Source: Miltoncostaeaceae bacterium
GTDB lineage: Bacteria; Actinomycetota; Thermoleophilia; Miltoncostaeales; Miltoncostaeaceae
Length of the DNA: 45,011 nucleotides
Reading direction: 5' to 3'
Assembly: GCA_044342355.1 (NCBI GenBank)
Contig: JBIIQA010000001.1
Span: forward strand, 1 to 45,011
A program made the position numbers and the translations under genes. This document shows, piece by piece, positions 1 to 15,459 of this stretch (positions are counted from its first letter, which is position 1; every line of letters starts with the position of its first letter). The notes under the pieces were generated by a model. That model ran no database searches and had not been told where the DNA came from. It saw nothing but the letters and a program-made list of their open reading frames with translations.

Positions 1-387
1 CAGCGCAATCTTCTCGCCCGCCCCGACCTTGCCGACCGGGTGCGCCTGCTCGCGAGCGACGGGATGGCGGCGGTGCGGGACGAGCACTTCGAGGTGGTGG
101 TGTCGAACCCGCCCTACCTGGTTCCCGCCGATCTGGATCGGTACCCCGCGCTGCGGCACGAGCCCGAGGAGGCCCTGGTGTCGGGCCCCGTCGGCACCGA
201 GGACCACCTGCGCGTCGCCCGTGAGGCCGCGGGCGTGCTGGTGCCCGGCGGGTGGATCGTGCTGGAGGTGGGGGAGGGGCAGGCCACCGCGGTCGGGGAG
301 ATCCTCACCCACGAGGGCTTCACCGGCATCGCTGCGCGCCCTGATCTCGCGGGCATTTCGCGTGCGGTTCGGGGACATCTCGCCTAG
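1..387 (+). CDS. prmC: release-factor glutamine N5-methyltransferase PrmC/HemK, C-terminal part (5' end lies outside the window)
   Basis: Frame 1 is open from base 1. The translation contains [11 protein letters not shown] (NPPY catalytic motif) followed by a class I SAM-methyltransferase C-terminus. It lies upstream of wecA and the atp operon, as hemK does in mycobacteria. Confidence 0.85.
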   Translation, partial: QRNLLARPDLADRVRLLASDGMAAVRDEHFEVVVSNPPYLVPADLDRYPALRHEPEEALVSGPVGTEDHLRVAREAAGVLVPGGWIVLEVGEGQATAVGEILTHEGFTGIAARPDLAGISRAVRGHLA

Positions 388-454
388 CGGGGTAGGCCGT
401 GGCCCCCGCTACCATTCGCCGCGTTCCCCAGTCGCCAAACGCCGGAGTGCGCGC

Positions 455-1747
455 GTGAGCTTCTTCGATCCCGATAGCCAGCTGTCCCAGGACATCACCG
501 AGGCCGATCCGGCGGTTGCGGGCCTCCTGCGCCGGGAACTCGAGCGTCAGGCAGACACGCTCGAGATGATCGCCAGCGAGAACTTCACCAGCATCGCCAT
601 CCTTCAGGCGGTGGGCTCGGTGCTCACCAACAAGTACGCCGAGGGACTCCCGCACAAGCGCTACTACGGCGGTTGCGAGGTGGTGGATGAGGTCGAGGAC
701 CTCGCCATCGCGCGTGCCACGGAATTGTTCGGCTGCGACCACGTCAACGTGCAGGCGCACTCCGGCTCCACGGCCAACGAGGCCGCCTACAGCGTGCTCA
801 TCAAGCCCGGTGACCGCGTCATGGGCATGTCCCTTGCCCACGGGGGGCATCTCACGCACGGGCTGAAGGTCAACTTCTCCGGCCGCATGTACGAGTTCCA
901 CGGCTACGGCGTGAGCCCCGGCTCATGCCTTCTTGACATGGACGAGATCCGCCGCCAGGCGCATGAGGTGAAGCCCAAGCTCATCGTGGCCGGCGCCAGC
1001 GCGTACCCGCGCACCATCGACTTCCCGGCGTTCCGCGAGATCGCCGACGAGGTGGGCGCCCGGCTGATGGTCGACATGGCCCACATCTCCGGCCTCGTGG
1101 CCGGTGGCGTGCACCCGAGCCCGGTGGGTATCGCCCACGTGGTCACCTCCACCATGCACAAGACACTGGGCGGCCCGCGCGCGGGATTCATCATGTGCGA
1201 CGAGGAGTTCGGCAGCGCTATCGACCGCGCCGTGTTCCCCGGCCTTCAGGGCGGCCCGCTCATGCACGTGATCGCCGGCAAGGCGATCGCGTTCGGCCAG
1301 TGCCTCACGCCCGAGTTCCGCGAGCGCCAGCAGCGCACGGTGGATAACTGCCAGGCCATGGCCGAGGTGCTCATGAACGGCGGCATCGACCTCGTCACCG
1401 GGGGCACCGACAACCATCTGGTGCTGGTCGACCTGTCGAAGACCCCCCTCACGGGCGTCGACGGCGAGGAGCGCCTCGATCGTGCGGGTATCACGGTCAA
1501 CAAGAACGGTGTGCCGTTCGACGAGCGCCCACCCACCGTCACCTCGGGCGTGCGCATCGGCACCGCCGCGCTCACCACCCGTGGCATGGGCCCCGACGAG
1601 CTGCGCGAGGTCGGTTCCATCATCGCCGGGGCACTCACCCCGGGTGCCACCGACGCCGACCTCGACGCCCTGCGCCAGCGCAGCAGGGCGCTCGGCGACC
1701 GCTTCCCTCTGTACCCCCAGCTCATCGCCGACACCGCCCCCGTCTGA
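455..1747 (+). CDS. glyA: serine hydroxymethyltransferase
   Basis: GTG at 455 gives the N-terminus VSFFDP...[11 protein letters not shown], and the PLP-lysine region reads [16 protein letters not shown]. The first 142 codons of ORF 29..1747 overlap prmC and look non-coding. Confidence 0.93.
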   Translation: MSFFDPDSQLSQDITEADPAVAGLLRRELERQADTLEMIASENFTSIAILQAVGSVLTNKYAEGLPHKRYYGGCEVVDEVEDLAIARATELFGCDHVNVQAHSGSTANEAAYSVLIKPGDRVMGMSLAHGGHLTHGLKVNFSGRMYEFHGYGVSPGSCLLDMDEIRRQAHEVKPKLIVAGASAYPRTIDFPAFREIADEVGARLMVDMAHISGLVAGGVHPSPVGIAHVVTSTMHKTLGGPRAGFIMCDEEFGSAIDRAVFPGLQGGPLMHVIAGKAIAFGQCLTPEFRERQQRTVDNCQAMAEVLMNGGIDLVTGGTDNHLVLVDLSKTPLTGVDGEERLDRAGITVNKNGVPFDERPPTVTSGVRIGTAALTTRGMGPDELREVGSIIAGALTPGATDADLDALRQRSRALGDRFPLYPQLIADTAPV

Positions 1748-1763
1748 CGCTCGCCGTGCGCAC

Positions 1764-1895
1764 CGACGCAGGCGTGGCGCCCGGGGAATTGCCGGAGGGA
1801 AGACGAAACGATGCCTGTCCTCGGGGCGCAGCCCCGAGGCCACGCACTTCCGATTCGCGACCGGAGGCAACTCCCCGGGCGCCACGCCTGCGTCG
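1764..1895. repeat. 132-bp element bounded by 30-nt inverted repeats (29/30 complementary) with an internal GC hairpin
   Basis: Arm 1764-1793 (cgacgcaggcgtggcgcccggggaattgcc) is the reverse complement of arm 1866-1895 apart from one base. An inner hairpin cctcgggg/ccccgagg lies at about 1819-1839. Confidence 0.8.
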
Positions 1896-1907
1896 CATGG
1901 GGCCCCG

Positions 1908-2702
1908 GTGAACAGCACCGGCCGCGGCTGGGCGGTGGTCACGGGCGCGTCGGCGGGAATCGGGGCGGAGGTGGCCCTGCGCCTGGCGCGGCGCGGGCAC
2001 CCACTGGTGATCGTGGCGCGGCGCGGGGATCGCCTGGCGGTGCTCGCGGAGCAGGCGCGGCGCGAGCACGGGGTAGAGGTGCGCGGCGTGGCGGCCGACC
2101 TGTCGCGCGATGAGGGACGCGTGTCGGTGCGGGGGGTGCTCGACCAGCTGCGTGGCCCCATCGAGGTGGCCGTGCTGAATGCCGGCATCGGGACGCAGGG
2201 GCGGTTCGTCGACCTGCCGCGCGAGAAGGAGGTGCGCGAGGTGCGCCTCAACTGCGTGGCGGTGGTCGACCTGGCGTCGCACGTGCTGCCGGGAATGGTG
2301 GCCAACGGCCGCGGCGACCTGGTGATCATGTCGTCCGCGGCGGCGTCGCAGGCCATTCCCTACATGTCGACGTATGCGGCGACGAAGGCCTTCGAGATGC
2401 GACTTGCGCGCGGGATCGATCAGGAACTGCGGGGCACCGGGGTGCGCGCATTCGCAGTCTGCCCCGGTCCGGTGCGCACGGCGTTCCACCGGCTGGGGTG
2501 GGGCAAGGACCTGCCACGTCTCATGCCCACCGAGACGGCGGGGTCGGTTGCGGCCCGGGTCATCCGCGTGCTCGACCGCAGGCGCCGCAATCCCGTTGTG
2601 CCGAGCGGCCCGCTCGCCCCGATCACGATGCCGCTGTCCGGATTGCTGCCCGAGTCCGTTGCCGCATGGGGCGCCGGTCTCTATCACCGGCCCCGCCACT
2701 GA
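1908..2702 (+). CDS. short-chain dehydrogenase/reductase (SDR) family oxidoreductase
   Basis: Contains the TGASAGIG Rossmann motif, NAG, and the S...YxxxK catalytic pattern (SSAAASQAIPYMSTYAATK). GTG 1908 is the only in-frame start just before the Rossmann motif. Confidence 0.85.
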   Translation: MNSTGRGWAVVTGASAGIGAEVALRLARRGHPLVIVARRGDRLAVLAEQARREHGVEVRGVAADLSRDEGRVSVRGVLDQLRGPIEVAVLNAGIGTQGRFVDLPREKEVREVRLNCVAVVDLASHVLPGMVANGRGDLVIMSSAAASQAIPYMSTYAATKAFEMRLARGIDQELRGTGVRAFAVCPGPVRTAFHRLGWGKDLPRLMPTETAGSVAARVIRVLDRRRRNPVVPSGPLAPITMPLSGLLPESVAAWGAGLYHRPRH

Positions 2703-2792
2703 GCCGCGCCCGGTCCTGCCGATGGGGCTGCCGACGGGGCTGCCGACGGGGGCGCGGCGACACGACGGGCGCAGGTGCCCGGGCCGCGCTCG

Positions 2793-2798
2793 TAGAAT
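2793..2798 (+). promoter_or_regulatory. possible -10 hexamer TAGAAT upstream of wecA
   Basis: TAGAAT lies 34 nt upstream of ATG 2832 in an otherwise GC-rich spacer. No clear -35 element is present. Confidence 0.25.
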
Positions 2799-2831
2799 GA
2801 GTGGACACGGCTCCGCCGGGGCCGTTATCCC

Positions 2832-3956
2832 ATGACGACGACGCTGATCCCCATACTCAGCGCGATCGCGGCGGCACTTGTCGTCCTGATCCTGACGCCC
2901 GCCTCGATGGCGCTGGCGCGTCGCGTGGGCGCCGTCGACCGGCCATCGGCCCGGCGGATCCACGACCGGCCGGTGCCGCGGCTTGGCGGCGTGGCCATCG
3001 TCCTCGGTTTCCTGCTGCCGGTGCTGTGGTTCCTGCCGGCCGATCCCGCTGCCCGGGGGCTCATCGCCGGTGCCGTCCTCGTGGCCGCACTGGGCATCGC
3101 CGACGACGTCCTCGGCATGCAGCCCGCGGTCAAGCTGGTGGGTCAGGTGGCGTGTGCGTCCGTTCCGGTGGCCGCCGGCCTCACGATCGACCACCTCACG
3201 CTGCCCTTCGTCGGTGCCTTCGACCTCGGGGCCGCGCAGTACCCGCTCACGATCCTGTGGTTCGTCGCGATCGTCAACATCATCAACTTCACCGATGGCA
3301 TGGATGGCCTGGCGGCCGGGGTGGTGGGAATCGGCGCGACGACGTTCGCCATCATCGCCGCGTCCCTCGGGCGCGCCGACGCCGCCATCATGGCCGCGGC
3401 GCTGGCAGGCGCCTGCGCGGCATTCCTGCGCTTCAACTTCCATCCCGCCCGGACCTTCATGGGGGACGGGGGATCGATGTTCCTCGGCTTCATGCTTGCG
3501 GGCATCGCCATCAGCGGGGTGATGAAGAGCGCTGCCGCGATCGCCATCGTGCTGCCACTTGTCGTGCTGGCGATTCCGATCCTCGACACGTCATTCGTGA
3601 TCCTGAAGCGCCTCAAGCACGGCAACCCCGTGTACTCGGCCGACAAGAGTCACTTCCATCACCGCTTCCTGGCCATCGGCTGGAGCCAGCGACGGACCGT
3701 CCTGTCCATCTATGCGTGGACGGCCCTGATGTCGGGGCTGGCGCTGGCGATGCGATTCGTGCCGTACACGGACGGCAGCGGAAACTGGAACGCCGGGTGG
3801 ACCGCCCTTCTGGCGGCGATCGCCGTCCTTGGGCTGGCAGGCGCGGTGTACCTGGTGTACGTGCTGGAGATCCTGAAGTGGCGCCACGAGCCCGTGGTGC
3901 AGATCGTCCGCCGCCGCCGGGCCGGCGGTGACGAGGTCGCGACGCACGACCGCTAG
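2832..3956 (+). CDS. wecA: UDP-GlcNAc:undecaprenyl-phosphate GlcNAc-1-phosphate transferase (glycosyltransferase family 4, MraY/WecA-like)
   Basis: Polytopic membrane protein with DRPSARRIHDRPVPRLGG, NFTDGMDGLAAG and FMGDGGSMFLG motifs typical of WecA/Rfe. Its position before the atp operon matches Rv1302. Confidence 0.9.
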   Translation: MTTTLIPILSAIAAALVVLILTPASMALARRVGAVDRPSARRIHDRPVPRLGGVAIVLGFLLPVLWFLPADPAARGLIAGAVLVAALGIADDVLGMQPAVKLVGQVACASVPVAAGLTIDHLTLPFVGAFDLGAAQYPLTILWFVAIVNIINFTDGMDGLAAGVVGIGATTFAIIAASLGRADAAIMAAALAGACAAFLRFNFHPARTFMGDGGSMFLGFMLAGIAISGVMKSAAAIAIVLPLVVLAIPILDTSFVILKRLKHGNPVYSADKSHFHHRFLAIGWSQRRTVLSIYAWTALMSGLALAMRFVPYTDGSGNWNAGWTALLAAIAVLGLAGAVYLVYVLEILKWRHEPVVQIVRRRRAGGDEVATHDR

Positions 3957-4028
3957 GTCTTTTTTCGGGGAACGCGGGACGACCGTCACCCCGGAACGCG
4001 TGTGGTAGCCCGGGCGCCGGGGTGACCG

Positions 4029-4555
4029 ATGGGTATGCTCCCGCCCGTTGCCGCGAGATCCCGCGGCGAATGTTCCACGCCCGGAGGGAAGAGCATCATC
4101 TCAGCCGCCCCTGGCCAGGCTGCGAACGTTGCACCGGCACCCGCCTCGAAGGAGGCTTCGCGCCGCGTCACCGTCATCGCCACGGCCGCCAGCCTCGCCG
4201 CCTGTCTCGTGGCGCTCCCCATCGTTCTCGCCCTCGGCGGACCTCTGAATGGATGGGTGCTCGGGACGGTGCTCTGGATCGCCAACTGGTCGGTACAGCT
4301 TTTCACCGCCAAGCACGCGATGACGATGGGCCAGACGGCCGCCGTCGGCATCACCGGAATCTCGTTCGTCATCCGCGCCTGGTCCGTGGCGGGCGTTCTC
4401 TTCATCACCGCGCTGCGCTTCGATGAGACAGTGGCCCTCGTGGGCGCCGCAATCTTCCTGGTCGCCTTCACGGCCGATCTTCTCGGGCGCGGCCTCGCGT
4501 TCGCCGCCCGCGAGAAGGCCAATGCCCCGGCACCGGCTTCCGAGGGGGACGACGC

Positions 4556-4559
<4 letters not shown>
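4029..4559 (+). CDS. small membrane protein, AtpI-like (ATP synthase protein I position); start uncertain
   Basis: Three or four hydrophobic helices. The stop overlaps the atpB start (ATGA at 4556-4559). Same position as Rv1303/atpI. No diagnostic motif was seen. Confidence 0.55.
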
Positions 4560-5720
<1,161 letters not shown>

Positions 5721-5723
5721 ACC

Positions 5724-6266
5724 ATGGGTCCCCTTTCAGACGTCGATCCCGTAGGAGCGAACCCGCTCCTCGAGCTCAGTCCGGGTCTCATGATCTGGAC
5801 GGTCGTCGTCTTCCTGCTCACCCTCTGGATCCTCAAGAAGTTCGTCTTCGGCCCTGTGGGCGAGGCGCTCGAAAAGCGCCGTACCTCCATTGCCACGGCG
5901 ATCGAGGAAGCAGAGTCGAGCCGTGATGAGGCCGTGAGGCTTCTCGACGAGTACAAGGTGCAGCTTGCCGCGGCCCGTCGTGAGGCTGATGAGCTCCGCG
6001 ACGCGGGACGTCGTGAGGGTGAGCGCCAGAAGACGGAGATCGTGGGACAGGCAAACGAGCAGCGTGACCGCATCGTCACCGACACGAAGACGCAGATCGA
6101 CGCCCAGGCCCAGGCGGCCGTGGCCGGTATCCGCGACGACGTGGTGGTGCTGGCGATCGCCGCGGCAGAGAAGGTCACCAAGAAGTCCCTGTCCGACGAC
6201 GAGCACCGCACGCTGGTCGAGGAGGCACTCGCCGACGCCGACCTCAGCGGGCTGCGTACCGCCTGA
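5724..6266 (+). CDS. atpF: F0F1 ATP synthase subunit b
   Basis: N-terminal TM helix followed by a long charged coiled coil. Position between atpE and atpH. Confidence 0.9.
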   Translation: MGPLSDVDPVGANPLLELSPGLMIWTVVVFLLTLWILKKFVFGPVGEALEKRRTSIATAIEEAESSRDEAVRLLDEYKVQLAAARREADELRDAGRREGERQKTEIVGQANEQRDRIVTDTKTQIDAQAQAAVAGIRDDVVVLAIAAAEKVTKKSLSDDEHRTLVEEALADADLSGLRTA

Positions 6267-6823
6267 TGGGAGTCGCGGCCACATACGCCGAGGCACTGTT
6301 CGAGGCCGCCGAGGCGCAGTCCGCCGTGGATCAGGTGCGCACTGAGCTCCGCGAGTTCAGCGAGGCAATGGCCCCGGGTACCGAACTGCGCGCGGTGCTC
6401 ACGAGCCCCGAGATCGAGACGCCGGCCAAGAAGGCGGCCGTATCCGACCTGATGGAGGGCGCCCACCCGGTGTCCACGGGGCTGGTGCAGGTGCTCGTCG
6501 ACCGTGGTCGCATCAGCGAGATCGGTGATGTGGTCGTCGCCTACGGCCGTCGCGTCGACACGGCCGAGGGCCGGGTGGTCGTCACCGCCGTCACCGCCGT
6601 GCCCCTCACCCCTGAACTGCGAGAGCAGATCCGGGTCAAGGTCCGCGCCCAGACGGGCCGGGATGCCGAACTCGAGGAGACCGTGGACCCGTCGATCATC
6701 GGCGGCCTCGTTCTCCGCGTGGGAGAGGTCGTCGTCGACGCCTCGCTCCGCACCCGGCTCGAGGAGATGCGCCGCTCCCTCGAGACGGCCCCCGTCGATC
6801 TTTCCACCGCCGTCGAGGCCTGA
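6266..6823 (+). CDS. atpH: F0F1 ATP synthase subunit delta (OSCP)
   Basis: ATGA overlap with atpF. OSCP-like sequence (YAEALFEAA..., [22 protein letters not shown]). Confidence 0.9.
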   Translation: MGVAATYAEALFEAAEAQSAVDQVRTELREFSEAMAPGTELRAVLTSPEIETPAKKAAVSDLMEGAHPVSTGLVQVLVDRGRISEIGDVVVAYGRRVDTAEGRVVVTAVTAVPLTPELREQIRVKVRAQTGRDAELEETVDPSIIGGLVLRVGEVVVDASLRTRLEEMRRSLETAPVDLSTAVEA

Positions 6824-6867
6824 CGCGCGGCTCCGCCGCATCAATTGAGAAAGGTATTCACCGCCCG

Positions 6868-12171
<5,304 letters not shown>

Positions 12172-12205
12172 CGGCCCGGCCCGGAAGGGCGATATCGTAG
12201 GTCGT

Positions 12206-12231
12206 GCGAGGGGCCCGAAAGGGCCCCTCGC
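12206..12231 (+). terminator. GC-rich hairpin after mdh (gcgaggggccc-gaaa-gggcccctcgc)
   Basis: Perfect 11-bp stem with a GAAA tetraloop 35 nt after the mdh stop. No U-tract, as is common in high-GC actinobacteria. Confidence 0.55.
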
Positions 12232-12246
12232 GGCGTTCCATAGGCT

Positions 12247-13467
12247 GTGCGTATGAGTATCGGCCTGCCCGCCGTGCTGCGCGTCCCGGCGTTCCGCAAC
12301 GTCTGGATGGGCAGCGTGGCCTCGAATGGGGGAACGTGGTTCCAGGCGGTCGCCGCCGGATGGCTCGTGCTCGAGATCACCGGCAGCGCCACGATGGTGG
12401 GCCTCCTCGCTCTTGCCTATCGTGCCCCGGCGTTCGTGTTGTCGACCTGGGGCGGGAAGCTGGCCGACCGCCATGACTGGCGGCGCATCGGCATCGCGGC
12501 GTTCCTCGTCGAGGCCATCGGGGCGCTCATGCTGGCCGTGCTGGCCTTCACGGGCGCACTGTCGGTGGGGGCCATCTTCGCGGGGACGGTGGTGATGGGG
12601 TCCGCATTCGCGCTTGGCCTGCCGTCGGTACTGGCCCTCGTCCCGTCACTGGTTCCCGCACCGCGGTTTCAGGAGGCCGTGGCGCTGAACGCCGCGGGGA
12701 TCAACGTGGCCCGCATGGTGGGGCCGGTGCTCGGGGGGGTGGTGCTTGCCTTCGCGGGAGCCGCATGGTGCTTCGCCGTGAACGCGGCCTCGTTCCTCGT
12801 TCTCGTGGTGGCCCTGGTGCTCGCGCCGCACGTCGCGCAGGGCCCTAAGACTCCCACACGCCTGCGCACGGCCCTGCGGTATGCGGCCGGTGATCCGGCT
12901 GCACGCCGTCTGCTCATTGGCATGTTCGTGTTCATGGCGTTCGCGGGGCCCATTCAGGAACTGGCGCCCGTGGTGGCACGGCGGCTCGGAGGGGGTCCCG
13001 TCGCGCTCGGCATGATCCTCGGCGGCATGGGCGGCGGGGCCCTGCTCGGCGCCTGGCTGCTTCAGGTGCTGTCGAGCCGTGGCCTGCCACGCCACCTGGC
13101 TATTCCGATTGCCACGCTGGCCTTCGGCGTGGCCCTTCTCCTCGTCGCGGCATCGCCGGTGCTGTGGCTGACCGTCCTCGCGATGATCGCCGCCGGTGCG
13201 TTCTGGATCTGGATCCTCACGCTCACCAACACGGCGATCCAGCTGTCATCGCCGTCCGGGATCCTCGGGCGGATGCTGGGCCTCTATCAGCTGTCGGTGA
13301 TCACCCCGATCGCCGTTGGTTCCGTCGCATTCGGTGCCCTCGCCGGTGTCATCGGCATCGGGTGGAGCATGGCCATCGCGGCGTGTGCGCTTCTGGCGTG
13401 GGGTGCATGGACGCTTACGCACCCCACGCGGGAGATCGACCGCGACATCCGCACGATCGGGCGCTAG
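12247..13467 (+). CDS. MFS transporter (EntS/MFS_3-like), about 12 TM helices
   Basis: Hydrophobic throughout, with N-terminal FRNVWMGSVASNGGTWFQAVAAGWLVLEITGSA and GGKLADRHDWRR in loop 2-3. The start may instead be ATG 12253. Confidence 0.8.
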   Translation: MRMSIGLPAVLRVPAFRNVWMGSVASNGGTWFQAVAAGWLVLEITGSATMVGLLALAYRAPAFVLSTWGGKLADRHDWRRIGIAAFLVEAIGALMLAVLAFTGALSVGAIFAGTVVMGSAFALGLPSVLALVPSLVPAPRFQEAVALNAAGINVARMVGPVLGGVVLAFAGAAWCFAVNAASFLVLVVALVLAPHVAQGPKTPTRLRTALRYAAGDPAARRLLIGMFVFMAFAGPIQELAPVVARRLGGGPVALGMILGGMGGGALLGAWLLQVLSSRGLPRHLAIPIATLAFGVALLLVAASPVLWLTVLAMIAAGAFWIWILTLTNTAIQLSSPSGILGRMLGLYQLSVITPIAVGSVAFGALAGVIGIGWSMAIAACALLAWGAWTLTHPTREIDRDIRTIGR

Positions 13468-14276
13468 GAACGCAGGAAACGCGCGATGCGGGTCCAGGCC
13501 GTGGCCGGAGTGCGGTCATCGCGTGCCAGGGCATGATTGGCGCCCGGCACGGCGAGGAAGGCCACGGGTCGCGAAGCGGCACGGCGTGCCGCCACGAGTG
13601 CGCGGCCATCGGCGAAGGGCACGGTGGCATCGCGCGTGCCGTGCACCACAAGTACCGGCGCGGGCAGTAGCGCCGCGTCGCGTCGCGGGTCGCGGCGCAG
13701 GGTCTCGCGGGCGGCGCGTTCACCGCCGACCGCGGCGATGATGCGGCGCACGCCCGGACCCAGGTTTCCGAGGGGCCTCGCGGGTGCCGCCATTGTCACC
13801 ACCCGATCAGCAGGGGCCGTGCGGCCGGCCCGGAGGGCGATGTCGCCGCCCTGGCTGTGACCGAGGGCCCCTGTCCGTCGCGAATCGGTGTCGGGCTGTG
13901 CGGCCAGCCACCGGAGGGCGGCGGACGCATCGGCGGTGAGGCCGGGCAGGTCGAGCCAGCCGAGTGCCGGCCCCGGCGAATCACCGATGCCCCGCTTGTC
14001 ATAGCGCAGGGTCATGACCCCCCGCGTGGCGAGTTCGCGCGCCCACGACGCGTACAGGCCTCCCTGCGGCCCGCCGATCAGGAACCCGTCGCGGGTACCG
14101 GGGCCGAAGCCCGACACGATGACCGCCGCGGGGTGCGGTCCGGGCCCGTCCGGGATCGTGAGCGTGGCGGCAAGTGTGCGACCGGACCCGCCCGGCAGGG
14201 TCACATCGCGCTCGGTGACCGACAGCGCGGTGGTCGGCACGATCAGGAGCACGATTATGGCGAGGGCCCGCCGCAT
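13464..14276 (-). CDS. secreted alpha/beta-fold hydrolase
   Basis: ATG at 14276 gives the signal-like N-terminus MRRALAIIVLLIVPTTALS. Nucleophile elbow GHSQGG, and a C-terminal HGTRD...NH pattern. Confidence 0.8.
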   Translation of the reverse strand: MRRALAIIVLLIVPTTALSVTERDVTLPGGSGRTLAATLTIPDGPGPHPAAVIVSGFGPGTRDGFLIGGPQGGLYASWARELATRGVMTLRYDKRGIGDSPGPALGWLDLPGLTADASAALRWLAAQPDTDSRRTGALGHSQGGDIALRAGRTAPADRVVTMAAPARPLGNLGPGVRRIIAAVGGERAARETLRRDPRRDAALLPAPVLVVHGTRDATVPFADGRALVAARRAASRPVAFLAVPGANHALARDDRTPATAWTRIARFLRS

Positions 14277-14331
14277 TCCGCGACGGTATCGCGGGAACCC
14301 CCGGTGGGCGGGCGTGTCGGGTGCGTTGGCT

Positions 14332-15459
14332 ATGCTGGTCCACGTGGATGAAGTCCGTCTGGCCGAGCGGCTCATCGCCCATGACACCTCCCACCCGGCG
14401 GGCCTCGCCGTGGCGACCGACTTTGTCGCCGGTTGGTTGGAGGGGAGGGGCGTCGACCTGACGCGTCGTGACCTCGGTGATCGTGAGGTGCTCGTCGCCA
14501 CGGCCGGATCAGGGCCTGTGCGCATCATCTTTCACGGCCACCTTGACGTGGTGCCGGGCCATGCCGATCAGTTCCGCCCGCGTATCTCCGGCGAGCAGCT
14601 CTTCGGTCGCGGTGCGTACGACATGAAGGCCGCGCTGGGGGCCATGATGCTGGCCACCTCTGCGCTGGCATCGCACCCTCCGCAGGGCGTTCAGGTTGAT
14701 CTGGTCATCGTGCCGGACGAGGAGCGGGCCCAGCGCGGACCGAACGCCACCGAGATGATGGTGGGAGAGGGCCTGCGCGCAGACCTCGTGGTGTGCGGTG
14801 AGCCCACCGACATGCAGGTGGGGGTTCAGGCAAAGGGCGTCATGATCCTCGAGGTGGTGGTCGAGGGCCGGTCCGCCCATGGGTCCACCCCGTGGCTCGG
14901 CGACAACGCCATCATCCGCGCCCTCGAGGTATACCGCCGCCTCGAATCCCTTCCGTTTACCTCGGCATCCACGCCCTTCTTCGCGCGGCCATCCGTCAAC
15001 CTCGGCTGCATCGAGGGCGGCGATGCCGTGAACAAGGTGCCTGATCACTGCCGGATGGACGTGGACGTCCGCTACCTGCCGGGGCAGGACCCCGCCGAGA
15101 TCCTGCGGCAGGCCCGGGATGCGGGGGCCACCTCGGTGGAGGTGTCCATCGCACGTCCGCCCGCCGACACCGACCCCGCGCATCCGCTCGTGGTGGCGCT
15201 CGTCGACGCGGCATCCCGCCACCACGAGTCGTCCACATCGGTAGGTCGTGACGGAGCCTCCGACGCCGTGTCCTTCCTCGAGGTGGGCGTGCCCGCCGTC
15301 GAATTCGGCCCCCGCGGCGCGGGGCACCATGGACCCGAGGAGCACGTGGACATCCCGAGCCTCATCGGATACCGCCGTGCGCTCGAAGACTTCGCCGCCG
15401 CAGCGGGCGCTCTGGCCCCCGTGCTGATCACCCAGCGCGATGAGGAGGCCTGCGCATGA
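14332..15459 (+). CDS. M20 family metallopeptidase (ArgE/DapE-like)
   Basis: Contains HGHLDVVPG, GRGAYDMKAALGAM and the VPDEE metal ligands. The upstream part of ORF 14014.. overlaps the divergent hydrolase gene. Confidence 0.85.
   Translation: MLVHVDEVRLAERLIAHDTSHPAGLAVATDFVAGWLEGRGVDLTRRDLGDREVLVATAGSGPVRIIFHGHLDVVPGHADQFRPRISGEQLFGRGAYDMKAALGAMMLATSALASHPPQGVQVDLVIVPDEERAQRGPNATEMMVGEGLRADLVVCGEPTDMQVGVQAKGVMILEVVVEGRSAHGSTPWLGDNAIIRALEVYRRLESLPFTSASTPFFARPSVNLGCIEGGDAVNKVPDHCRMDVDVRYLPGQDPAEILRQARDAGATSVEVSIARPPADTDPAHPLVVALVDAASRHHESSTSVGRDGASDAVSFLEVGVPAVEFGPRGAGHHGPEEHVDIPSLIGYRRALEDFAAAAGALAPVLITQRDEEACA

Noticed and set aside
2724-2751. Tandem 12-mer ggggctgccgac repeated twice (plus a partial copy) between the SDR gene and wecA.
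   Set aside because: It is short, has only two copies, and is low-complexity GC sequence. It shows no spacer/repeat architecture, so it is not CRISPR-like.
923-3443. Very long antisense or alternate-frame ORFs (for example 923..2356 -, 1722..3443 -). Similar ones occur elsewhere (3986..5509 -, 5717..6844 -, 9286..10647 -, 20844..22196 -, 30422..32935 -, 32466..34652 -).
   Set aside because: They overlap well-supported conserved genes on the other strand. Their translations are Arg/Ala/Gly/Pro-rich with no motifs. Such stop-free shadow frames are expected in high-GC DNA.
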